From the NCBI GenBank assembly GCA_048128005.1, contig JBEUKZ010000098.1:1-64000 (forward strand): a DNA stretch of 64,000 nucleotides. The letters run 5' to 3'. Source of the stretch: Veleropilina oligotropha (lineage: Eukaryota). The position numbers were made by a program, and so were the translations under genes. Shown here one piece after another: positions 50,407 to 64,000 of this stretch (the stretch's first letter is position 1; every line of letters starts with the position of its first letter). The notes below the pieces were generated by a model, which was given only the letters and a program-made list of their open reading frames with translations, made no database searches and was not told the DNA's origin.

Positions 50407-51376
50407 TATATCCGATCAGTGACGTTATTCGTGGTACAATTAAGGGAGACAACACACGCTGCGACATATTAGACAAATTGGAAATAGTACATTTGAATTT
50501 TCTTACATATGAGTGAAAGTGTGGGCAGTTTTGTTAATCGTATATTGGGCTCAAATTCTAAATATAAGACAGCGGCTGGCGTATTATTAGTGGTACAAGG
50601 GAGACAACACACGTCGCTACGCTACATGCAAGAATATTCTTGAATTTAATGCAATATGACGGTCGGGAATGTGGTGCAGTTTGTGGCTTGATATTAAAAC
50701 CTGCTGTCATTACAGAACCATACACGGTCATGGTTTTGTTGTCCGATTCTGATCACCGAATTTCTACGAATTGTAAAGAGAGAAATCACCAATTGCGACA
50801 TATATTTGAAGGGTGTGCATAAGCTTCAGTTAGTGACATGATAACAAAGTCTGTCTTTATTTAACAGTTGTTGGTCATATATTGTGCTGATATTATAAAT
50901 ATAAGACTGCGGCTGCCCCTAAAATTCAAATTTATTCAATTTTTTTAATTTAAAATCAAAAATTGACCGTACACAGATAGTTATGCCTTGTGGATTTGTC
51001 AAGTACCTCAAAAGTGGTTAAATTTGAAATGTTATCGAATAAGCGAAAATTGCAATGCAATAAACAATTGTTATTCAACATTTCCACACGTTTTAATTAA
51101 AATTAAAACAAAATTATGTGGAATTATATACGGTAAAACATGAGTAAGCACTGGAACATATATGTGACAGTAAATTGACGGGTGCCAAAAGGTACTGAAA
51201 AATGATGATATTTCTCTGAAATTTTACGTAAATATCAACTATCACATCTAAAATATGATATTATAAGGACATTATTTTAAAGGCAATATAACAGTAATAT
51301 TCATACGCTTTAAAGGACTATATATAGGTTACATGTTATTTTTCATCACATTTTGTTTTCGTATGACCGTCACTTA

Positions 51377-51930
51377 TGCCTATTTCACAAATACATCGTA
51401 AGCGGATACGGCACCCGTACGATGTGTGTTTTTGAAGATGTCTTACGGTCATCGGCGACATCCTGCGGACATCGGAGACATTTTCGCCGATTTTTGGGGC
51501 ATCGTAGGGTCATCGGCAACTTTTAACGCGGAGTTATAATTTTTCGAAAATCGTACGATTTTGAAATCAGGAACTCATCGCAGGCATATCGCAAGGTTGC
51601 CTTGCGGTTACCTTACTCCGTAAGAGATCGCAGCAAGCCCGTAGGGCATCCGCATGGCATCCTTACGATGTCGGGACAAAATGAGAAAGTTGTAAGGTGG
51701 CCGTACCGGGATCGCAAGGTGACCTTACGGGAATCGTAATGTAATCTTACGATGTTCGCACGATTTGACCGGCGGCAAAATTGTGTCAGCCTGTACGGGC
51801 ACCGTATCTAATGTGACCATGGCACATATTTTTGCCAGAAACCTACGATTCTTCCCCGATGTCGGGGAAGCCGGGACGCCGTACGATTATTCTTCATCGT
51901 ACGGCGACCAGTGTATTTGTGACATAGGCA
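51377..51930. mobile_element. PIF/Harbinger-like MITE
   Basis: TIR TGCCTAT(T/G)TCACAAATACA with TTA/TAA flanks. Confidence 0.8.
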
Positions 51931-52035
51931 TAAGACGCGACACCTAATCGGGCCAGATAGCAGATTGGCCCTTAGTGGCCTAGAACGGTCGCCAATATGT
52001 GACACTTTCAGTCGCATTAAATGGACAGTTTGGGC

Positions 52036-52425
52036 CCAAAAACATTAGGTTGAGCAATGAGCTTGAACAATACTCTCGCAAGCAGTGTGCGCGCGTGTTC
52101 GGCATGCCTGAGCAGAACGGCGAAGACTGCAGAAAAGAAGTGTTAACATTGTTCAACAGTCAAGTCAAGTCACCGTGCGATAATCGTTCGATTGCTTCAC
52201 CGCCTCTAGAAAGAGGCCGTTATGAAAAACCGACGAAAGTTATAAGGGACACATATCGGCATTGCCGATAACATGACGTCTGACAACCTGAAGTTGTTAA
52301 ATAGAGCAAGGAACAACGACAACATTCAAGATGCTTGGCTTGGCAAAGTTATTGCGCAGACCAAGAACGGGAGAGAAAATCGTCTCTACATTGGATGTCA
52401 CATTGATAATCTTATCAAACAGTGA
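52036..52425 (+). pseudogene. LINE ORF1 C-terminal half (RRM-type, degraded)
   Basis: NELEQYSRKQCARVFGMPEQNGEDC, matching the common LEQYSR...RI.G.PE ORF1 motif. Confidence 0.75.
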
Positions 52426-55122
52426 ACAATGAACAAACGCATCATGATATCAGCAAATTTACTTGCATAATGCTGATTAACTGTGTATTAACTATATTAG
52501 CCTTACTATTTAATAATAATAGCAACTAATAACTTAAGTATCTTCTACCATACCTCTTATGTTTACCATAACGAAAAGTAACACTTAGTTACTTTATTTC
52601 TAAGCTGTTTATTTACAAACTAACTTGTAAAGTGTATTTTTTCTTTGCATTTTCTTTTGACTGATAATTCATATGCACAATTGTACCAAAACCAAATGCC
52701 CAACCTGCTTGAAAGTAATAACTAAAAATCAACAATATGTATATTGTGCTCATTGTCATTGTATGACTCACGTGAAATGTACACCAAAAAATGATGATAG
52801 TTTCTACCTTTACAGAATATGTTTACCACATTTATTTCCATATAATTGTATTGAAGAAGATGTTGAATTTTCGATTGCTCTTTATGAAAACCTCCACGGC
52901 GGCTCCAGTATGAACAAATTACCTCTACATGATTTAAGCTTCAAACTGTTCGAAGAAAATGACAACGATAAGTTTTTAATCAACTGTCCGGACATTGATC
53001 CTGATTATAATTATTGTAATACTGCAAAACACAACTTACAATCAAAATATGTGATTGAAAAAGAATTCAATAATATAACAAATAGTATAAAAGCAAACAA
53101 TTTTAGCACGTTAGATATTAATTGCAGAAGTTTTAAAAAGAATTACAACAAATTGAGCGAATACCTGTCTCTTATAAAACATACGTTTTCTATCATTGCC
53201 TTATCTGAAACTTGGACTGACATTAATGACGACGCTCAGTTATACTCCATTGAAAATTATTCCCTCATCACAAGTTCACGATTAAATAAAACTGGAGGCG
53301 GCGTTGGGTTATATATAAAAAACGATATTCAGTATAAGATTATAGAAATGATATTAATATTTTTCAAAACGACATTGAATCATTCATCGTACATAGAGAT
53401 TGAACAGCAACATCCAAAGAATATTATATACGGTATTGTTTACCGACCACCTAACCATGATGCACAGTATTTCTTAGATAGCATCGCAACACAACTTACA
53501 TTAATTAATAAGGAGAACAAATATGTGATCATATTATATTTTAATTTCAACATATTGAACTGTGAAAACCATATGCACACAGATAATTTTATCAACACAA
53601 TGCTCACTCATTCACTTTACCCGACTATTACAAAGCCCACGCGGATTACAGATATATCCGATCATTTACCCGTTTTTCTTATGATAGACCTTGAACTAAA
53701 TACACCAAGCAAGGAACCATTTGTATATAAAGCCAAAATACCAAGGACAATGTTGAAAAACTAAAGCATGCCTTACTCACCTACAAATGGGATCATGTGC
53801 TCTCTATCTCTACTACAAATGAAGCATATGAAATAGTTACGGATACTTTTTCTACTCTATAATTATTATATACCTCTGAAGAAATTAAAATACAAAAATT
53901 ACAGAAAAGGTTCTAAACCCTACATGACCAATAGCCTCATAATTTCATCAAACCGAAAACATAAATTATATAGGGAATATATAAAAAAGAGGAGAGAATC
54001 AAGTCGCGATAAATATATATCGTACAAGAACAAACTTACACATTTAATACGAATTGCCAAAGCTAAATATAACGCTGAGCGCTTCGAACTCGCAAAACAA
54101 GACCTTAAACAGACATGGAAAGAAATAAAAAGGATATTAAACAAAAATCAACATAAAGACGTTACACTGAATACATTCAAACATAACGATGTCACTGTAA
54201 CCGATCCTAAAGACATCAGCCATACCTTTAATGATTATTTTACAAATATCGGACCAACGCTAGCTTCAAAAATTCTTAACGTATCACAATCCTTCTGCAC
54301 ATTTTTGAAAGGCCAATACAAAGATTCGTTTTATTTCTTCCCAACTGACAAAAATGAAATACAAAATCTAGGATTGCGCCTAAAAAGTGGGAAAAGCAGC
54401 GGACACGACGACATATCGTCATCAATAATAAAGCAAGTATTATCAACCATTAGTGAACCCCTTGCGCATGTTTTTAACTTATGGCTTATTGATGGCATTG
54501 TCCCTGATCAACTTAAAATCGCAAAGGTTAAGCCAATATTCAAAAATGGAGACAAAATGATATTCTCAAACTATAGACCAATATCGGTATTACTGTGTTT
54601 TTAAAAAATACTTGAAAGACTGGTGGTATATGACAGATTAATGAAATACATTAACAAACACAATATACTACATAAACATCAATACGGATTTAGATCAAAC
54701 CACTCAAGTTAAAAGAATTCACTGCATGTATTTTTATCGACCTTTCTAAGGCGTTGACACCATTGATCAATCTACTCCATAATGCTGAGAAAACTTCAAC
54801 ATTACGGTCTACGTGGAAAACAACTTGATTGATTTAAAAGTTATCTAACTAATAGAAAGCAATACGTAATATATGGTCAGTGTTAATCTGCTAACAATGC
54901 TATCAAGTGTGGCGTTCCCCAAGGATCAATTCTTGGACCATTTGTATTGTATGTAAATGACATGTGTAATACGTCAAATTTATTGAAATTTATCTTATTT
55001 GCTGACGACACAAACATCTTCTATTCGCATAATAATCCTCAAACAATGATAACCACAATTAATTCAGAATTAAAAAAACTATCCACATGGTTTAAAGCTA
55101 ACAAACTGTCACTAATAAATAC

Positions 55123-58100
55123 TGTTGGGGCTTGCAGAGCGAAGACGTGTTTTTCTGCTCTGTGTTTAAAGCCAAAGTTTATCAACTAATACTTTTCCAT
55201 ATCTTCTCAAAATTATACTACAAGAAAGTTGAAGTAGAGCTGATTCAAGTGCTACTATATTCATCAAATTCAGCTAAGTATAAGTTATTATTTTAATCAA
55301 AAATAGTTTGTGTTATACTGCATTAGTACAATAGATCTTATTTCAGCTTGTGAAAATTGTTCAGCCGCGACCAGCGAGTTGTGATCATTGGACCGAATTA
55401 GCCTTTGTTCTTTCAGGAAGTTGTTGTCGCATGCTGATTATAATTAGCATCAACACATTTGTTGTGATCATTAGACCGAATTAGCCTTGTTCTTTCAGGA
55501 AGTTGTTGTCTCATGCTGATTAACTTCGACACAACTCTTATTGTCCTGCAATAAAATGCTTAATCTAATATTGTGTACCAAGATGAGCAATGGATAATCA
55601 ACTTCAGTACAGTTCTGAAACACTGAGACAATTGTCAACACCCTCCCTCAAACCAAAGAGGAAATTAAGGAAAACTCTATTTCAGCTGAATATTTGGCAG
55701 CCTCAACCGAACTGTAATCAATTCCCTATCCCCGCGATTGTATTCCCAAGAAATGAAATATCTAATGCCTGTCCAAATAGAGAGAGAATATTAACAAATG
55801 TAAATATTACCCCTACCAATTGTCACGAATTGATAAATTGCAGCGTTTTAAATACCAGGTCGGTTAGAAATAAAGTTGATGTTTTGCAGGATTTAGTAAG
55901 TGATAACAATATTGATATATTTTTTCTCACCGAAACATGGCTCGGACATGACGATGATGATGCCGTCATAGCTCAACTCACCCCCAAGGGCTTCACGTTT
56001 AAGCATATTCCAAGAAAGGCCAGAAAGGGAGGTGGAGTTGCTGTTCTTCATCGCTCAAATCTCAAAATAAAGGTATTAACATCGGATAAGTACAATACCT
56101 TCGAAGTTATTGAAGCGACTCTATCAATAAGAGGCAAATCAATTAGCATCTCGACGGTGTACAGACCAGACCCACATGGAAAAAACGCGGCGCAGTTCCT
56201 AGATGAATTTTCAAAATTGTTAGTAAACGCCTCAGCCTCCAACGAACATATTTTAATTGCTGGTGATGTTAATCTACACTTGGATGAAGTTGAACACCCA
56301 GATGTGATTAAATTCAACTCTTTACTGGAACCGTGCGGCCTCAAACAAATTGTGGAAGAGCCAACGCATAAAAGTAATCACATACTAGACTGTGTGATCA
56401 TTTCACAAGACAACGCAATTTTTCCACTAAGTACGAAAACTGTGGATTGCCAGATATCGGATCACTTTCTAATCTCATTTAAATTGAAAATAGAAAGGCC
56501 AGCACGCGAATCGAAACAAATTTGCTACCGTAAACTCAAAGATGTCGACATTACTGAGTTCAAAACAGAATTATCGCATATCGTCTTTCCACAAGAAATG
56601 GACCTGTCACAGTTGGTCGATAAATATAACAATGATATTAAACTCATCATTGACAATCATGCTCCGGAGATCACCAAAACAGTCACCATAAGACCAAATA
56701 CACAATGGTACAATGCCAACCTCCGCCAAGCTAAAGCAATTCGACGACGCTGGAATAAGTCTGGCAAACTCACCGATTACGACGCATATAAGGAACAGTG
56801 CAAGTTGGTGAACCATCTGCTCACGGATGCTAAAACTGAATTCTTCTCAAACAAAGTCATTAACTCGAAAGATGATCAAAAGAAGCTCTTTAATGTTACC
56901 AAAGATCTGTTACAATGGAATAAGTCAACTCCACTGCCAACTGATTATCAAGAGGAATCACTTCCCACTATGTTTAGCGACTTCTTCGTTGATAAAATAA
57001 TCAAAATACGAATAACAATTTCGTTATCGCAAATGCAATCAACCACCGATGAAATCTATGAATCTTTATATTTGAAACGTAATGACATTCAACTCTTAAC
57101 GTTTGAAGTTGCAACGAATGATGAAATTAGGTCGATCATTATGAGGTCATCATCATCTACGTGCCCACTCGACCCTCTACCATCATGGATGCTGAAAGCA
57201 TGTTCAGATGAATTGTTGCCAATTTTGACGCGGCTTGTCAACATGTCATTATCCAATGCAGAAGTTCCAGAAAATTTCAAGAGCGCATTGGTAAAGCCCT
57301 TACTGAAAAAGGCCAATTTGGATCAAAACAATCTGAAAAATTAGCGACCGGTTTCTAATCTAAGTTTTATTTCAAAACTTGTGGAACGTGTTGTAGCAAT
57401 TCGATTAAATTCTCACTTGAAAAATCACATGCTTTTGGACAAATACCAATCAGCGTATCGCATGTTTCACTCCACAGAAACAGCCCTTTTAAAGGTTCAG
57501 AATGACATACTTCAATCTCTACATCAGAAATCAATGGTTGCTCTCGTCTTGCTTGACCTGAATGCAGCTTTCGATACAATTGACCACCAAATTCTGTTTA
57601 ACCGCCTGAACGCCTACTTTGGAATCAAGCAATCAGCGCTTACATGGATCAAGTCATATCTACATGAGCGAAAACAAACCGTCGTCATAAACGGCATGAA
57701 ATCTGACCCCGCCTCTCTCCCTTACGGTGTGCCACAAGGTTCCGTCTTAGGTCCGATTCTGTTTTCGATGTATGTCACACCCGTAGCAGAGATTGCCTCC
57801 AAATATAATCTGTCCTATCATTTCTACGCAGATGACAGTCAAATATATGTTGCATTTGATCCCAAAAGCTCCTTCAAGGCAAGCCTAGACATATTGGAGA
57901 GCTGTGTTTCAGAGATAAAACACTGGATGTGCACAAACATGCTGAAACTCAATGATGATAAAACTGAGTTTATTATATTTGGCTCAAGAAGTAACATCAC
58001 AAAGGTCCGAGATGTAAACCTACAAGTTGGTGAAACTGAAATAAACTCCAGCGAATTTGTAAGAAATTTGGGTGCTTACTTCGACAACACTATGTCGATG

Positions 58101-59047
58101 GAAAAATTCGTCTCTGATAAAGTTAAATGCTCATTATTCTTTCTAAGAAACATCAGACGCATCCGTCGTTTTTTAACACCAGATGCAACGAAGCTTCTTG
58201 TGCATGCATATGTCATATCTCGCCTTGATTATTCCAACAGTTTACTTTTCGGAATAAACGCAAGCCTCATTAACAGATTGCAGCAAGTTCAGAATGCCGC
58301 AGCCAGGCTGATTTTACTTGCCCAGCCAAGGGACCATGCAACCCCGTTGCTATATAGCCTACACTGGCTCCCTGTTGAGAAACGGATTATCTTCAAAATT
58401 CTTACATTCGTTTACAATTCTCTTCAAGGAAAAGCGCCTGGATATATTATTGAACTTCTGGCTCGATATCGACCTACTAGAGCACTTAGGTCGCAGCAAT
58501 TACAGCAGTTGACAGAGAATAGAACAATGAATAAATATGGCGATAGAGCATTTATCAACAATGCCCCAAAACTCTGGAACAAACTCCCATCTAAAGTAAA
58601 GGAAAGCACATCTCAGACAAGTTTTCGGAAGACGTTGAAAACACACCTATTTCCTGATGTATATGCCAACCTGATCAAATCTCACTAACAATTCAGCTGA
58701 CATCGTAATAGGAGGACAGTAATGACTGCTTCACATCTGTTCATTGTTATTGCTTATAGCATTCATCATATGTATCATTCAAAGTTGGTTGAAGTTCACG
58801 CTGATGGCTGCTTCACCTCTTTGTCTGATTGCGCTTGTAAAAAAAAAAAATTAATAAAATTGAAAATACTCAACAACAAAATATTCTGTTTATTATTATT
58901 GCTTATTGCATTCATATTATGTATCATTGATGTCGCTCCTGTATATTCTTGTGTACATTGTACTGTAATATTAGTTATAGTTTGTACTGCGCTTAGAGCT
59001 ACACTAGAATAGGCGCATTATAAATGTATTAAATAATAATAATAATA
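55123..59047 (+). mobile_element. Apparently full-length single-ORF L2-clade LINE
   Basis: 5' GCGAAGACGTGTTTT, ~470-bp leader, 3' GCGC...GCGC stem-loop and (TAA)n tail. Inserted within the host NKLSL|NILKT codons. Confidence 0.88.
55590..58688 (+). pseudogene. L2 APE + RT polyprotein (~1032 codons) with one in-frame stop at 57342-57344
   Basis: LTETWL, GDVN, SDH, N*RPVSNL, QSAYR, GVPQGSVLGP, YADD and LHWLP, all in one frame. Confidence 0.92.
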
Positions 59048-60999
59048 AATATTCTAAAGACAAATTATATATTATTTTGCAACAGCAGCAAAAAACACTC
59101 AACAGATAATTCTGTAATTAGCATAGACGACACTGTTATAACTAGAGTTTCAACAACGAAATTCCTCGGAGTCCAGCTTGATGAAAATCTTAATTGGTAT
59201 AATCATATTTCAAGTATAACAAATAGAGTATCCAAAATTGCAGGTGTAATTAACAGATTAAAGACCGAAGTACCTACTGAAGTCTTGCGAACACTATATT
59301 GCACATTAATTTTTCCATATCTACCCTACTGCAATATCATATGGGGAAGTACGTATCCTTCTCGTCTGTCCAGGCTATTCCGTATACAAAAACGTGCTAT
59401 ACGAATTATAAATCGTTCAAGTTATTTAGCGCATACAAATATACTTAATAAACTCAATACACTTACAATATTTGACCTAAATAGATTGCAAAAGGCCAAA
59501 TTCATGTTTTTCTACCATCATCATCTCATACCCCCATGTTTCCTCGGATATTTCTGTCGAAACAATGAAATACATGATCATTTCACTCGATCTAGTAAAA
59601 ACTATCATATTGACACCTACCGTACAAATATAAGAAAACATTCAATTAAAATTAAGAGGCCAAAATTTTGGAACTCACTACCAGAAACTATTAAGCATTC
59701 TCTCTCCATCAACATATTTCAACGAGCATGCAAGAAAATATTAATCAATAAATATCTATATATCACACATGGGCTAATCATATGAATTCACATGAAAATA
59801 TGTTTTTTCATTTTAAAGATTTCTGTAACTTATTGGGTTTTTTCGTTTTTCGTTTTTATTTTTTTTCATCACTTTCCATTTTAAATCTAAAAATATATAA
59901 TAAATGCCATATTTAAGCCACTCTGATTGTATACAATATGACATTAATTTCAATATTTCTGTAAATACATGTAGGCCTACACATCAAACATTGTATTATA
60001 TATATATTTACATAAATGTGTATGTGCATGTATGAATATGCTTATATGCTGTAAGTATACATATGTCATGTATATATATTAAATGTTATATATCTGGGTA
60101 GCCCGTTTTTCAATAAGCCCTTTGGGGTTTCCGTGACGGGTCTCCCTGCCAAAAGTACATTAATATCGTAAATATAACAGCAGTAGGATAACGTTGTATT
60201 ATACCATATATCATTGTATATTTTTTACTGCATTTACATATTTTATTTATACTTTAGCTCAATAAATTATTTTGATTGATTGATTGATTGATCACTTGTA
60301 CAGTTGACCATGCCGAAAACTGGATCAGGTCATATAGAAAACCATCTGCTCGGATAGCGAAGTTAAACTGAGTTCCCGCTTGTTATGTGAATTGTTATTT
60401 AGTTCACAATGTGTTCGGTAAATAAATTAATTTTCACATTTCATTGCTAATCACAGCAAATGGATATTTCATTCCTACTAGTACATCGAATTGCGTCTTT
60501 ATAAATTTCTATCAATACACCACCAACGAACTTAATAAAATCATTTTGTTATATACGGTAATACCGATCCTCTAGCAACCAATGTTGAAGGGAAACATTG
60601 AATATGTGAGCAGTTACATCTCCAATCTTTCGATTGGTCGTATATGTTTTTGCAATACTAAGATATATGGATCACATTCTGAGTAGTTGGGATTCTCGAC
60701 TACTAAGACCCCCCCCCCCCCCCACCACCAAATCCGCACCCACCAATGCATATAGCTTGCAGACAACCTCATTAATTGTGATAGGACAATGACCAAAGAA
60801 TATGAAAATAATCGTCTTGAAAAATCCCCAGAGGGGGAGGGGGGTCTAGACTACGGTGGGCTCACGGTCTAGTTATTCTGGTTTAGGGATATCATATCCA
60901 TAAATTCTTAATTCCTTAATGTTTTTATATTTTGTGATTACATTTTATGATTGTAATTCATGTTTAGAAATATTAATCGTAGATATTTCTGACTTTGAC

Positions 61000-62985
61000 C
61001 ATCAGAATCAGAATCAGAATCATTTATTTTGCCATAAAAAAATACATATACTGTAATAATGATATAATATATAAAGAAAATATTGGTTAGCATTGATAGT
61101 GTATGTACATATTTAGAGGTAATGTAGTGTCCATGTATTATTTAGGCATGGAGGCCTACCAAGAAACCCAAGGGGCTTGTGCTGAGGGTAGACCACCACA
61201 AGATGGGGCAGGAATAGAAACAATACAGATGGATATCAAAATTTGGTGTTTGAGTATATACATAACATTTTAGATACAGTATATTTAAGAATGAAGTATG
61301 GAATATTGTTAGTTTTAAATGAATTACTTAATTGATGATCCGCGACCATGAAGTCAGAGTCTGGTACTGTAGAACAAGAAGTTTCTTGTATTTTCTTTTG
61401 AACGAATAGATCGATTTACAGCTATGTAGATCGATACTTATAGAATTGTAAAGTTTAGGCCCTTCATATTTTATAGAAAATTGTCTGATTTTTGTACGCA
61501 CTTTTATTATGTCTTGACCTTTTTGACAAAAAAGGACAAGACATTATCAAATGGTCCGTGTGTATATACATATATACATATATATATATATATCCGCTGA
61601 TTTTCTCGAAAACTACTGGATTAATGTTCCTCAAAATTGGTATGAGCATACACCGGAAAATTTGTAGGTCGTGTATATAACTTTCGAGACACAATTATGC
61701 AAAAATATGGATTTATTAGACATTTTATGCATAATTACTATGGCAACTAGGCTAAAGCAAAGGTTTGACGTCAAATTAAAAAGTGTGACGTCAGATTGAG
61801 AAGTGTGACGTCATATAGGTTCATTCATAAAATCATGAGGCAATGCAGCAATAGGAAACACGAAACTGTTAGAATGCACAATGATATTTAATGTACAATA
61901 AATTGAATAATATACAGCTGACGGTCCAAGCAGACAAACGTCAAGACATATTCCGAACGCGTCGTTCTTGTTATATGATACCACTGTGAAGATCTTGTGT
62001 AATGACTGTGTATCTGGTTGTTTGTGACAAAATAATTGTCAAATATTTTCGGTAATTTTCCTGTCTGATGGCAATACATGAAACTTGCTACCTGGAGCTT
62101 ATGAATGTCATATATGGTGAGAATATTTAGCTTGTGAAATAGTGAAGATGTGTGAGCTCGCCACCCTGATCGGGTAATCACTCGTATTGCTCGTTTCTGA
62201 AGTTGAAAAACGGGTTTAATTACAGTCTGGTAGTTACTGGCCCATGTGATGTTTGAGTATGTTAAATATGGAAGTATCATACTCATATATAAAGTTTTAA
62301 GTGTATGCGAGGGTATTTCATTTTTAATTTTATTTATAATGCCTATTGATTTTGCCATTTTCCGGCTTACTTCCGAAATATGGTATTTCCATGACAAATT
62401 TTCGTCTATTATTACCCCTAAGAATTTCGCATTATTCACATATTTAATGGGTACTTTGTCAATTAGTATTTCAGAGTCCCGTTCACTGATTATTTTATAT
62501 TTATGGCGAAAAATCATATAATTAGTTTTATTTATATTTAGAGTAAGTTTATTTACTCTAAACCATAAGCTTAATTTGTCCATTTCATTGTTAATTGTTT
62601 CAAAAAGTTGATTTAAGTTTTTGTGTGTATATAGGATGTTTGTATCATCAGCAAACATAATGAAATTTAGAAGTGTTGAAGTGTTTTTCATATCATTTAC
62701 ATAAATAATAAACAATAGTGGCCCCAGAATGGAGCCTTGGGGGACACCACATTTTATATTCTTCATTTGTGATGCACTTCCTTCTATCGATACATATTGG
62801 TTCCTGTTTGACAGATAGCTATCAAACCATTCTAGTTGTTTTCCCCGTATGCCATAATGGTTAAGTTTTTTTAATAAGATGCCGTGATCTATAGTATCGA
62901 AGGCTTTGGAAAGATCAATTAGTACATTAACAGTATATTCATTTTTATCCATTCCCAGTGAAATTTTGTCTACTATGTAAAATAT
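61000..62985 (-). mobile_element. 5'-truncated L2/Crack-like LINE (RT), interrupted by a HINE
   Basis: DLSKAFD, GVPQGSILGP and FADDT. Continues past the insertion as KVRTKIRQFSIKYEGPKLYN. (TTCTGA)n tail. Confidence 0.9.
61506..61972 (+). mobile_element. HINE/Helentron-like element
   Basis: Same ends as 32941-33341, 5' hairpin TGTCTTGACC...GGACAAGACA, (TA)n, TT target and no TSD. Confidence 0.8.
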
Positions 62986-63589
62986 AGTATGTAAAATATG
63001 TAAAATATAGTAATAAATGTTAAAAATGTCGATATTGAATAAAACCGCGCGTCTTTTATTCATGACGATCATCCATATTAATTCATATAGGCCTAATTTT
63101 TTTAACGAAACAATTGAATACTTTATCTGAATACCGTATACGAATACTGTATATAAAGTTATATCAAAATATAGCAGAGTTACTTCCCTTGATATATAGT
63201 TCTCCAGCAAGAAAGGCATCTTTAGTCTTTATTTGTAATTTCCGGTTTGCGAAAACAGGAAAAGCAGCAAACAGATAAAAGTTACACCGTATACCTGAAT
63301 ATGTAAGTCTTTTTTTTCCCAAAGTATCCCAAAATCCGTCCTTTACTAGTTTTGACACAGAACATTAGCATTTTAACGGCGTATTTAACTAAATGTCGCT
63401 AGGGCAACACTGCTTTCTAGTGTCACTATCAGATTGTGTACTATTCTGTATTCAGTTCGATACTTGATACGATTAATGATTCCCACGAATCATTCCGCTA
63501 TGCTCCGAATCATTCTGGTTGCCAAGACGACATTCGACCTAATTTGAAATGTAGCGCGATGACGTCACATTTACGCTAACACGAGAAAT

Positions 63590-63970
63590 GAAAATTTAAA
63601 CTTCATAAGAATTTAATATGTTGTAGGTAGCACCTAGATACAAACGCAGAATAGGGATTATACACAAATAAAAATTATGAAATCCGTACCCTGTCTTCTT
63701 ATTCATAACGTCTAGTGTAAGCTGACACACATATTCCGAGACGTCACTCATTGTTGCTTAGCTACGCATTTTCTCTGACGTCACAATTATCAAAACATCA
63801 CGCCATTCTTGCAGAAAAAGATATATGCACAGACGATAGCAATGGGTTTATATCAATTTGTCGCGTCATTAATGTTATTGTACTTGGATAATTTGAAGTT
63901 TAAAATCGGCCGTTGTCCGTAATTACGTTGTTTTGCATATCTCGATGGTGCGAGATTTTGGTACTCCAAT
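63590..63970. repeat. Inverted copy of the ~600-bp repeat family of 30679-32025
   Basis: Reverse complement of ~31430-31797. Confidence 0.85.
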
Positions 63971-64000
63971 GTAAAAATACCGAATTTCCTTCGAAACATG

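Larger units (their letters stand above)
52673..60292 (+). mobile_element. ORF2 and 3' UTR of a degraded L2/Crack-like LINE (Cys-rich N-terminus, APE, RT), split by a younger L2
   Basis: CPTC...CAHCHCMTHVKC, ALSETW, GGGVG, SDH, NYRPIS, GVPQGS and FADDT. Resumes at 59048 (ILKTNY...KFLGV). AATAAA plus (TTGA)n tail at ~60260-60292. Confidence 0.88.

Noticed and set aside
61888..63219. 443-aa ORF as a complete gene
   Set aside because: Only ~61975-62985 is RT; both ends are read-through into flanking DNA and a HINE.

Overview
AT-rich, repeat-saturated eukaryotic DNA. The 18S rRNA pseudogene looks lophotrochozoan, probably mollusc-like (from recalled sequence features, not a search). No intact host protein-coding gene is recognisable. 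The window is a nested transposon graveyard: at least seven non-LTR retroelements (CR1 with an SGNH-esterase ORF1, L2/Crack-like elements, one near-intact single-ORF L2), tRNA-derived SINEs, Helitrons, Helentron/HINE-like satellite carriers, Academ remnants, a FLYWCH-MULE derivative containing a DD46D mariner, MITEs and palindromes, a probable solo LTR and several satellites. The most unusual part is a ~12.4 kb block (39638-52035) that splits a LINE ORF1 in frame. It holds deletion-riddled 5'ETS-18S and 28S rDNA fragments. Between and beside them sit two compact TATA-preceded orphan pseudogenes: one with RSPTPPP heptads and a basic tail, one a tandem C3HC4 RING. G/C-rich inverted repeats accompany them. 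This may be a virus-like or cargo-carrying element associated with rDNA (inference). All calls were made by eye; family assignments need database confirmation.
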